Positions 9,260 through 21,042 of a stretch of 64,000 bases of DNA are shown piece after piece. This stretch comes from Klebsormidium nitens (lineage: Eukaryota; Plantae; Klebsormidiophyceae). A program made the translations under genes and the position numbers. The notes beneath the pieces are model-generated. The model was not told where the DNA came from. It searched no databases and worked only from the letters and a program-made list of their open reading frames with translations. The first letter of the stretch is position 1. Every line of letters begins with the position of its first letter. The stretch spans positions 1 through 64,000 of the forward strand of contig DF237003.1 in NCBI GenBank assembly GCA_000708835.1. Reading direction: 5' to 3'.

Positions 9260-12200
9260 ATGGCGCGCTCCTGGCTGCTGGACCTGCTCTGCACTCCATA
9301 CATCTACATGCTCGCCTTCCTGACCCTGGTGAGAGCTGTGCATTCTCTTTCTGCTGCTGAAATGAGTAAGAACGCTAATATGGCTGTAGCAGTCGATGAT
9401 TGTTCGTGAGAACTTTCGATGCCACCTGATCATTGGCCAGTGATTGATCATTAAGCTTCGAAGGTGAGGTTTGAGGGCAAGGTCACTTGTGGTGCTCTTG
9501 GCAAGGATGGAAAAAGTGGTTCCAAAAAGAGGAACAAGCTGCCATCAGCTTGGCCTAGATAATGTTCCTTTGCAAGCCCACTAGCTGAAAGCATTTTAAA
9601 AGTAGAGCACTAAGAGGGCCCTTAGGGTCAGAAATGGATGCGGACCATTGAACGCCTTCTCTGAAGGAAAGGAAACAACTTTCACTCACTGCTAGTTGGT
9701 CTTGGAACACGATGTCAGTACACTTGATCGTTTGTTCCCTTTCAGGACAGCACTGAGGAAGGAGTGAGCTTTGATGGATACTATAAGTGACAGGACAAAG
9801 CATACATAGAAGGCAGCTTGATGGGGCTAAGCTGATTGCTGTTTTCAGCCGTCTAAATGTCTGAAACGGCGCATACTGTGGTTGTTTATCAGCCAGTCTG
9901 AATGACACTTCTCTCTGCCTTGTCCGGTCTCTCCGTAATTCAAAGTCGAAGTGAACCTCCTCTCCTGTGTCCTATGAAGCCGCTCGCAATGTCAAAGATG
10001 ACCGGCCGACATACACCCAGCCCAGGGATCCCTCCATGAAAGACAGAAAGCAACCCGGACCATCTTAGTAACCAGTTATCTTTATTGACTGTAGTCGTGA
10101 GTCAATCACAGCGCTTTCTTCTCAAGGTAAGGGTATCAATCTGCCAATGAGCCAACCAGCTTCCGGTGGTAGAAGCTACGCTCCGGCTGACACGGAAAAA
10201 TACAAACGTCCTCTGGGAAACAACAGCCAAATATGAGTCACTTCTGACTCTTGTTTTTTCCTTTCTGGCCCCACAGTTACTTGGCTTCGAAGCCAGCAGT
10301 CTTTTGGCGGGCCAGGGGTCCTACTTCTCCGGAGCCACGAGCTTCTTTGGGCGCGCGCCCAAGTCCGATGAGTGCCCCGCATACTTCTGCAACATCTTTG
10401 ATGATCTGGAGCCCTGGTTCGCAAAGGGGGGCATCACAATGGAGGACATCAACGCGGACCCGGAGGCTGTCACCATGAAGATTCAGGCAAGGCAGAAGTC
10501 TTGGTTTCCTAACCGTGTATAATCTATGAGGAATCTTTTCAAGCAACAAAAGAATGAAGACAGGCTAGGAGCGTGTGTCGTAAGTTCAAAAGTATGAAGA
10601 TGTGGACAGAGCGGGCACTCGGTTGTCTCTCTGAGCCAGCCTCGATGTGCGGCGATTGCCAGAGAAAATTGCGGTCAAACGACCTTGGCTGTAGGCGTGC
10701 TGTGGGGCTTACAGCCAGATAGTTTAGACTCGAGCCGACCACCAAAGCATACTCTTTCTGCTCCCGGCCCTGGTTCACTCAATTCTTTTCTGCGCCCACC
10801 TCATGCCTAGCCCGGCAGCTCACTCGCGCTGTGGGCCCCCCTGCAGATCCTGAACGGCACTCTGTACTGGCGATGGACGGGAGGCTGCAGCTTCACGCGC
10901 ACGTCGTTTACTCTGTGGGCCATAATGATGCTGCTCGAGCGCTATCCGGGCCAGGTGCGCTTGCAGACGACTTTCTCGGGCTACGGAAGCTGCCTAGGCG
11001 TCGTGTTCACGTGCTCTAGAGCAGGGTCAAGGAGACGGATTTCTTCGAGACCACGTTGTTGGAAGCAATGACTTGACGAGGGTTCGGAATTCGGAGGGCC
11101 CTTTTCGATCAGAGCTTGGCCGTACGATGCCAAGGCCAGGGTTTATCAAAGCTCGCCATGGCGCCCGTTTCAACAGCGTGCTCGACCTTGGTCTTGTATC
11201 TTCTAGGACTCTTTGACCCGGTCCTCCAGTAGCCAAACAACAGGGGTATTGCCGCTTCTATTGAACGCCAGACTGTCGGTTGTCAGAATAGGGCGTTTCT
11301 TTTCGAGTATGCGGTGGTCAAAGGATCGCCGGCCGGAGATGTAACTTTGAGGGACCCGTTAGAGGCCAAACGCCAGAGAGTTCGTCCGTTTGGAAGGCCG
11401 AAACGAGGATAAAATAAGGTGGAGTGGGCTTTTTCTTCTACGAGAGGCTGTCCTAGCAGTTAACAGTTGTCGAAGCATTGAAGGTTTTGGAAAGCCAAAT
11501 GTCTTGTTGCTTCAGTCTACCGCCTCTCTTCTTCACCTGCCCACTTTGGAAGAGGAGCCGTTCTCTCGATACCTCGTCTGCATCAGTCCATCATGATTAC
11601 GTTTCCAGGGCGTCCCTTCACAGCATCTCGCAGTCTGTTCCAAAGATCCCCTGGACTTTGCAGTGTCCGTCGGAAAAAGTACAAATGGAACACACGCCTC
11701 TCTGTACTGGTCGGTCGCTTATATTACGAAGTATTTCAAAAGCAAACGGGTGCTCGGGCTGCGTTCATGTCGGTCGCGATTGCTTTGTAACACAGCCCGC
11801 TCGAGGATCATGCTTCCAAATATAATGGTAAACAGTAGAACATTACAAACGTTCGCGTATGCACTTTGAAAATTCTAATCTGCTCGCATCCCGCAGGTTC
11901 CTGACGTGCTGTTCAACGTGTGCTGCCACGACGACCCGGCGGTGCCCGCAGAAAAGTGGGCCAACAACGCGAGCGCCATCCCGCCCATCTTTTCCATGTG
12001 CAGCAGCGAGGACCACTTGGACCTCGTCTGGCCTGACTGGTCTTTCTGGGGCTGGTGAGCGTGCGCGTTTGTTCAGTCCCTTTGATCCGCGTATTCGCGA
12101 AGTTCCTCCGCGCAGAAAGAGTCTTGTGAAATTATGGAATCTAGGGGGGAGGAATCAACAGCGAAGCTTCGTGGGGGTGTTATTATATTAGGTAGGGGTG

Positions 12201-14734
12201 CGTGCCTTGACGGAGATATTGCTGCGCAACTTTGGGTCCCTTTGCTTTGTGTTGTTTGGAGCACCAGGCTCTCCGAATCCAGTCCATTGAGAGTCTGCTC
12301 GAAGTTCCGTTGCTTGCCTCCATAGACACAATCGAGAGGGAGCTACCGCGCTCTCAAAAACAATGACAGAGGCAATGTAAGAACAGTTGATTGAGGAAGG
12401 GCCTGGGCTCCAATGCCTCTGAGTTCCTGTCAAGGAGACTTTGAGGTTCGAAAGCTTTCAACGACCGTAGACAGCCGAGTCCGCCGTTCCACTTCTGACT
12501 TGAACGTGCCCTTGGTAAGTCAGATGAGACGCTCACGTCGTGGTGTTGGCTTGCATACCTACCGGCCCCGCTTCGAGGAGTCCTTGTCTGGGGCAAGGTG
12601 GTAATATGCTCTTCATTCTGAAACTGGTCAAAGCGCACGACCGAGCCAGAGTGTGCTGACGTATTCAATTTCCTCATTTGCAGGCCGGAGCTGCGCATTC
12701 CTGAGTGGCGCACCAAGAGCGCGCAGATCCTGGGCGGGAAAGGGCGCCGCACGCCGTTGGGAAAGCGGGAGCCCCGGGCGTTTTGGAAGGGTAACGCGTT
12801 CACGGGGAGGGGGCCCAACCAGGGCCTGCGGCAGCAGCTCGTGGGGTGCTCGGAACCCCCCGGATACGAGAACGGCATCGAGGCGGTGAACATTTTTTGG
12901 GATGACGAGATCAACAAGACGGAGACGAGGCTGGAGGAGCAGTGCGACCACAGGTGGGGGGCCCATCGATCTCGAGAACGACAATGATGAGCGAAGCTTC
13001 TCGTTTATGCAACCGCCTTGGGATGGGTAGAGTTCGGTTTGGGGTTCGTTTGGCTGGGGTGCGGACCCTGTTTGGATACTTGAAGTCGGAGCTTAGTTTC
13101 ATCTCGGTTTCTTCATTGAATTGTTGACGATCATCGGGGGGCCCGGCATGGGCCTCTGCACGTACTTCCTTAGACCGACAAGTGATGGATCCGTGGGGCG
13201 TGGGTGACGTAAGTATCTGAGGAGGGCATGTGCTGGTAGCTTGTCCGTGTTGGAAGCGCATCACTAGTTGGGAGGATCGTTGTTCGAAGCTTCTGTGCGA
13301 GGCCTTGTTCCATCAAACGGGATGCATGTGAGGATGGCCTAATGATTTCTGAGAGTCCGCTCACTCGATGGAGGAAAGAGCAGGAGTGGGATGCATCCAC
13401 TGAGGTGCAGTCACGAGACTGCTTTTATCAATCACCCAGGACGGAATCAATATTGAGGTTGGGGACGAACGCCTGACAACTGAAAAGCCACACCTTGTGA
13501 GCAGTTACCTTGAATCGTAGTGGCCATCTCTTTCTGCTGCTATCGAATCCGCAGCACCACCCATCTCTACTAAACGCTGTGGCCCACGAGATTAGCAACT
13601 CGAACTGATCCGCATCCTTCTTCGACTCAGTGCTGATCCGCATGAGCGGGCCGCAACACCCACCATGTCAAAAAACTTTGATTTGAAACGCCAAATCCGA
13701 TCACTAACGCAAAATTCGATCACTCCAAATAATCGCTCGAGCCATCTGTTCCAGGTATCGCATCTACGCGGAGGGCAACACGTGGTCGTGCAGTCTTAAA
13801 TACGCCCTGGCGTGCGCCTCGGCGGCGCTGGTCATCGACCCCGTGTACTGGGACTTTTACAGCCGGGGCTTGGAGCCGTTCCGGGACTTCATCCCAATTG
13901 AGAGGGGGGACAACATGTGCGACAGACTGGAGGTAGGCGCTCTTCGCTTCTGCTAAGTCAAGAGAGACACGAGACAGTCAGCGTACCTGACTTTTGCTGC
14001 CCTTTCCTGAGACGAGAAGTGGGTTCCAGTAAACAATGTCGTGGTGCTTCTGTGTTGTCTGAAGTGTCCCTCGTAGTTCGTCTCGTCCGCACAGGTCATG
14101 TTCTGAAGCCGCTCTTACTCACGTTTTGGCCGCATAACCAGAAGGACTATTTGATGCCTCGTGCCTCTCAATCGAGTCGGTTTGAAATCATGCGGACTGG
14201 TTCCATTCTTGTTTCTTCAAGGTAAGAAAGCCTGCTTTCACTTTCACATCTCGATAGTGCTCAAACCTCAGCTGATTTGATGGGTTTTCGAAGCTCTTCT
14301 TAACTAGAATGTTTTTGCGCTGGCGATCTCCTTCCGGATTCAACCTCTGCTTGGGACGATGGACGTCAGAGATTTGTACGACTTGGTCTGAACTGCAGCG
14401 TTTTTGCTCTTGATCAACTTTCAACGTGCGAGAGAGTCAGTATGCTTTGCAGATGGCGGTTTGGTGGGGTGACAAGCATCTGCAACAAGCAACATCTATT
14501 GGAGAAGCGGCTGCCCACTTCATAGAAAGTAGCTTGAGTATGGAGCGTGTCTATGATTACATGCTACACAGTTTAAGGGTATACTCAGCATTACAAACGT
14601 TTGCACCCGTGAAGGAACCAGCATTGAATCCTCTGCTTACAAAGGCGTTTTATGTCGAGAGGCCACCATTTGAAAAGGAGTTCATGGAGTGGGAGGAGAG
14701 GGCCAGCGAGTCACCCTGTAGGTTAAAGTGTTAA
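9260..14734 (+). CDS. Glycosyltransferase family 90 (CAP10/Rumi-like O-glucosyltransferase-type), 7 exons, about 424 aa
   Basis: Exons 9260-9328, 10277-10486, 10847-10954, 11897-12054, 12684-12953, 13755-13932, 14453-14734 sum to an open frame; CPAYF..I..DLEPW, VPDVLF, WPDWSFWGWPE, AFWKGN, YRIYAEGNTWSCSLKYALAC, YDYMLH motifs; hydrophobic N-terminus; first exon least certain. Confidence 0.9.
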
Positions 14735-16003
14735 CATGCTTATCGGGCTAAACGGCCTTTCCGCTCACTCCTCTTGTCCCATTCTCAACGTTGGCAACAC
14801 TATTGTTTCAGGCTCCAAGTTTTTGGGTGAAGTTGGAATGTACATGCATGTGCGTTGAACAGTCGAAAGACCGAGGATGATCTGATGCCAAGAAAGATTG
14901 TGCTCTCCCTAGATAATTGCATCATGGCTGCTTTGCGACTTGTACATCAGACGCGGCCGGAAAGTGCATGGTGGCTCTCATTCCTCGCTCATGTCACCGA
15001 AGTGCCATGTCACAAAACTCGAGGGTACGGTAGGTATACGATCCGGGTAGCTGACGGCACCGCCTGACGCACTGTGACCGTGTCAATTTCGTCCACGTGG
15101 CCGGCGGTAAGTGGCAAAGTATGTCACGGTACCGCGGGCCCGGGCGGGCGGCCCGAGTCCAGGCGGCCGCCAGCGGGCAAATGGTAAACCTAGCCCAACA
15201 TCAAAGCATTGAAATCAGGCCGACATACGGTACATACTGTACTACAGCGTGTGAATTTAATTGGTGCCAGATCATGACACGGTATGATATGGTATGATAT
15301 CCATCAACTTCGAAGATTTACTACCTAGCTAGGTACCATCTTGCACGTACAAAGTGTACTCGGCTAGGTTCGATCAGGACCCAGGTAGGCCTCAGGAATA
15401 TTAGGGCTGCGTATCGAGAATAGTGACACCCGATTAACTACATTTACTCATGAATCCCAACCCAGATTCTAAGCGCTGCGGATGCCTTGACCAATTCTAA
15501 CCACCAGTGTAACTCCAAGGTCGGCGGATGCTTATGTTCGTGCAAGCAGCCTTAATTTATATATTCCATTCGTTAAAGTTTATTGTGCAGAATCTCGCCC
15601 TGCCCTGCTCCAACAACGATGTCCAGTGCACTGCAATCTGCGTGTAGCGCGGCGTGCAGCCATGGCCGCTCAAGGGGATAGCTCATTGGCATTTGTGGTT
15701 GCTTCATGGTGGCCGGAGTGACGCGGCGGAGGAGGAAGCGTGCTGCCGCCTCTGAGAAGAAGAAGTAAAGGATCGGCGGAACTTAAATATGGTGAAGGAG
15801 TGCATGCTTTCGCAAGGCGTATGTGGCCCTTGTCTTGGAGCTTAGCTTAGTGTGCCATACATTGCGGGGCGCTCGCTTGACAGAGATGAATGCAATGGCC
15901 TAGGATACGAGCTGTTCACAGGTTGCCGATTTGCCGGCGCATCGTCGGTCACTGAGGATGACTTAGGCAGGCAGGGGCAAACTAGAAGCAAGAAGTTCCA
16001 ATC

Positions 16004-19000
16004 ATGGCAAATAGGCGGCACCGCCTTTTTCTACGTAGCGGGATTGGGCCAAATCTCACGGAGGATGTATTGCGGGGATTTTATCAGCGCTTCGGTCCCG
16101 TGGTAGATGTGTACATCCCAAAAGACCCGGTGACGCGGCAACCAAAGGGGTTTGCGTTTGTGTCCTTCTCGGAGGAGCTCCCACTGACCAGAGCGGTAAG
16201 GAGCTTGCTGTTTCGTCTCACCCGCGATATATGTGTCATATATCTTTCTTGATTATCTAGAAATTGTGTAGGATGTCGGTTTGAGTAGCGCATCATTCTT
16301 TCGACGTATAGTACGTTGATAGAGGCTGAAAAGAGAGATAGCACCTTAAGCAGATGGCATGCAGCGGGTTGGACCAGCAAGTGACGTTCTCCATCATCCA
16401 TCTCCAAGTCTTTGAGGAAAGACAGAGGCTGGTAATGGTGATCTCTGCTATCACTTCGTGCTCCGGAGGGTGTGCCTTTGTCAGCACCCTGTACAATTCA
16501 TGTTTGTCAGCTGCCTTCTGCAAATAAAGTTGGTGTGGTTTGTTGCTTATGGAGATCTGCCAGTAGGTTTTGAAGCTCCCACCTTGCCAAGCGGATCGTG
16601 GATGCTTATAAAATGGTGAAAGCAGGTTCGAAACAACTTTACTTCCACATCACAATGCTGAGGCGCCACGGAGCTTCATGTTGGCATTCTACACAATGCT
16701 GGTTTTGGACGGACTCTGTGATGAACTTATGTTCAAAGCAGATTGGCCAAATTACCGTCAAGGTGCAAACGGCGACCCGCTTTTGCACCCCAGCCTGACA
16801 ATGTTCATTCAGATATCCTAGTTCGAATGATCTACAGACGTGCCCCAGACTTGCTTATGTTGCAGGATCATGTTTCCTGTAGCCTGTTGTGAAGGTTTTT
16901 GTCAGCATTTGCATTTTCTTAGATGGTCAGATTGTGAGGAAGGCAGCTCTCCGACATCCTGACTGGTATGAGACTTATCGCCTCGTAGCCTTTCTTGAAG
17001 CGGATCAAGCGGATTCTCCGTTCAAAGTTGCGTGTCAGTGTCAAGGGTTTTTGTTGCCTCAAACTGACCTCGGCAGCAGACAGTGACAGTTAGGTCCGGA
17101 TGCTTGAGCACAAAAAATGCTTAGATGCCTGCGTTTGTTTGCATAGGGTGCTTGTGCATGCACAGGTCGGCAGTTGCATATGGTCGATGCTTTAAAATAT
17201 GCAAATGAACTTAAGGACAGCATTTTGGACACAGCATTTTGGGGGTCTCTCGCACGATTTTCCGGTTTGGAACAAGCTTCTTCTGTCCACTGAAGTTGTC
17301 CTCCTGATTCTCTCCTTCCTCTCGACTTTTGGCACGGTTGGTCTCCAATTCGGCGCAGGACAGATGGTTTAAGGAAGGGCTTATGATTGAGATTTTGATG
17401 AGTCAATCTGTATGTGCCGGTATTGTTTGATCGCTGGGAGCAAGAGCTGCAATATGTCAATTTAAGAGTCATTGAGACCAATTTGACCACATTGTTCGCC
17501 AAATTTGCTAATCCAGTTTAGCGCAGTTACATATGTGTGCTGGAAACTGTGACTTAACAGTTTTCCACAAATTTCTGTTGATTTCGCTCGATGCCTTGTC
17601 TTGATCGAGTTGTGGACAAAAACAGCGACTCGTGTTTAATTCTGCATTACTAGCGTGCATGCGTGAAAGGACTGTTAGCTGTACAGGTAGGTGTGGATCA
17701 GAGCGGTTTTGTGAGCAGAGGGTTACTGTGCTCTTGCAATGTGATTGTCTGATATGTTCCGTAGTAGATTGCGGCCTTGTGCGGTCTCAGCGTCAGATTT
17801 TTTTGCTACTGCGATAAAACGTTCTGCATTCCGAGTTGCTTGCCACTTCATCACTGTGTACCTAAGGTCACAAGTCTGATCCAAAATGATTCTTATCCAC
17901 CTGACAAGCATCTGCAATGATCGAACCTGGTTAGGATGAGCAAGCACCCTTGTCTGTCCTTGATTTGCAAAGTACTTTGGCCGTTTTTGCTCTACTTCTA
18001 GCTTTCAACATTTATGCAGTGAAAGCAGTCTGCATTGTTGCTGAGATTTTCTACAGACACATGATCCTGGATCCTTACGTCAATTTCTCTCGTGCTATGC
18101 TTCTCATTCTCAATTTCACTTGGTCTATGGTCCTTCTTACAAGCTGCAGGGTGACGCTAATGCTGATCGAGTGATCTCATGACCCTGCAGTTACAAGAGC
18201 AGATCCACCGCATCGAGGGCCAGAACATCCCGGTCGCCCGCGCCGATGCCCGCCCCTCCGACTCCCCCGCTGACAGCCCCTCCTTCGACCGCCGCCAATC
18301 CCTCCGAAGCAGCCTCGAGGGCCTCCCCAGCCCGGGCGCAAACCTGGCTCGCCTCAGCGCAGACCAAATCTACAATATGGACCCCGCATCGGCTTTCCGC
18401 CTCGGCCGAGCGCACGAGCTGGCCCTCCGGCGCTCGCAGGGCTTAGCGCTCGCAGCACAGGATCCGGCTTTCCTGGGGGCCGATTCAGGGCTGCGTCCTC
18501 CCCCCCTCCAGGAGAGTCCGTTCCGGGGCAGTCCGGAGGTGGTGGGGCGCGCGAGAATGCTGGACGAGCGGGCACGGATGGATCTGCTGCGGAGCAGCTA
18601 CGACGGTGCCCTGCCGCCGCACCAGGCGCTGGAGGGGTCGTTCCGCCCGAGTGCGGATCCCGTCTTCCGGGGAAATGACCGCCTCAGGGGTCAGGAGCTG
18701 GGCCCGATCGGCTTCCGGAGCGCGGAAAATGCGCTGCGGCACAGCTGGGAGGGGAGCCTGCGCATGCCGCCGGGGGGCGGTAATGGTGGCGCGGGCGGGG
18801 CCAATGCAGGAGCTGGAAGTCCAAGCCCTTCCAGCTTACGGGACCGGGAGAGTGTGAATGGGGCCAGAGAGGAGGCGAGCGCGGGGATCCGGAGCCTGGA
18901 TTTGGGCGCCAGGCAAGGTAGCGGAAGCACTCTGGAAGCTGCGGGGTACCGCGAGGGGAGCGTCGGGTATCGGGACGGGGGGGGCATGTCACCGTATAGG

Positions 19001-21042
19001 GAGAGTGGCAACGGGGTCGCGGGGAATGGGCAGCAGTACTACGCAGGCATTGAGGGATTGGCGGGGGAGAGAATACGAGTGGGCGCCATCGACCGTTACG
19101 GGAACCCAGTCCTACTCGACTCTCCGGGGGTGCGCAGCAGCGGAGACCTGAGTGCAGTGTACAGCCGAGAAGTGGAGATGCGCCAGCCTCTGGATTCGCC
19201 TCAGGTCTCGCCGTATGACCCTATGGACGTAGCAACCCCCTATGATAGAAGCAGAGGGGCTATCAGCCGGCTTAGCCCTGCGCTCGAGCGCCTACACACT
19301 CCCCCCCTGGATTACCCCGCTGGCCTGAACAACCCGGCAGCATTAGCCGCCCTTAGCCCCGCCATTCGCGAAGGCCTCCGCTCTTCTAGATTAGACCCCC
19401 AGCTCCTTCTAGCGGAGCAGCTGACTGACCCTGATTGGCCTATTCCTCGGGGCGGAAGGGGCGGATCAGCGGAGCGGCAGTATGCGGAGGGCTCTGGTTC
19501 CAGTGACGGGAAGGGGCACCGAATCTTCGTTGGGGGGGTGCCAGACCAGATTACGGAAGCGCAGATGAAGGCTCACTTCGAAAGGTTAGCATGGCTACCC
19601 ATTTTTCAGAGCTGGTGCTTATGCCCAGCATCCTGCCTGTCCTTCGACAGATGGTTGCATACCCGTTGTTTCTTCTCTCTCTTTGCGACTGCCTCTGGCG
19701 AACTCTCAGTCTTCTGCCTCTTTTCAGGTTGATCCTTCTGTTTACTATTGCTGTACTGCGGTTGTTCGTCCTGTGTACCCTTCAGTCAGTACTTGCAAAA
19801 TCCTCTTTATCCTGTACGTCAAAGTCATCACGATTGCCTTGACTCTGGTTGCAAAATCGTTTGAAACTTGCATGTGAAAGCCGGCATGATTGCATCAGAA
19901 TGTTGTGGAATCGTGACTGCTGACAGCATTGCTTGCTGTAGGTACGGTCGGGTAGAGGACGTTTACTTCCCGCTGGTGAAGGGCAGCGACCGCCGGAGGG
20001 GCTTCTGCTTCGTTAGATTCGAGACACGAAGGGCCGCAGAGAACGCCGCTGCCCGGAGCTCCCGGACAATAGCAGGTAAACGCCGTGCCCTTGCGTCGTT
20101 GACTGGAGACCATCGAAAAGCGTATTTATCAGCGGAATTTCGCACTCGAATCTGAGCTCAAGGGAATCACACCACACCGTTTCTGAAGGGCCTGAGCACC
20201 ACGAGGCAAAGGGAAAGGGTTTTTATCCCAGTTTTTTTCCAGCTTTTGCTCTTGGAACTCAGAATGTTCTGTCACGACTTCCCGTTTGTGTCAACGACTT
20301 GACTCTCGTTGGAGAACAGATTGAGGAAGCACACAGCTGCATCTTGTCTGGGTAGCCCGGAGAGTTTCTGGATTGGTTTCCTGAACAAGGCAATCCCTCG
20401 GGGCCGTATCTTTGAGCGCAAATAGAAGGACCGAATTGACTTCCAATTGTATATGGATGGGGTCCTAAACTCGATACTGACTTCCAATTGGCGCTTCGTC
20501 TCGTACTCCCTCGGCGCTTCTTATCGTGGTCCTACCGTCTCAAAGTCTGCTTGTTGTATCTGAAGTTTCTAAGGTGCCCTCTGTTCATGCAGGTGGACTC
20601 CACCTGCTAAGGATGACGAGTTTTATTTCATACGCCCCTTTTGTCTTTCTTCTCCTGTCCTCGTCCATCAGGGCTCTGCACGTTCTGAGCCCGTCACTGG
20701 GGTTCTCTGCAGGTATCGACATTGGCGAGATCAAGGTAGCGGAGCCTCGCCCCTCCCCCTCCATCGAAAGGCCGGTCGGACACCCCTGGTGACCGTCCGC
20801 GCGCTCGCCACTCGTCCGGAGGATTCAGGGTGAAAGGGTCTCCCCCCTCTGGTGCAGGTTACGATATAGGAGAGATCAAAGTGGCGGAGCCCCGGCCGAC
20901 CATTCCCAAGGAAAGGGACAGGGACCTGGGGCCCCCGCATTTAGCTGGCGCCGCGTTTGCGAGTCCCTCGGAGTCGTTAGGGAGTGAGTTCGGGCCGCTG
21001 CGGGGCCGCGACATCCGGCAACCACTGTACCGCCCTTACTAG
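16004..21042 (+). CDS. Two-RRM RNA-binding protein with a long disordered linker and two alternative last exons (599 or 634 aa)
   Basis: Exons 16004-16195, 18191-19584, 19942-20075, then 20713-20792 or 20858-21042; RNP2/RNP1 motifs RLFL...KGFAFVSF and RIFVGG...RGFCFVRF; both isoforms in frame. Confidence 0.9.

Noticed and set aside
16293-16523. Nested minus-strand ORF (76 aa) in the RRM intron
   Set aside because: Short, no recognisable motif or supporting exon structure
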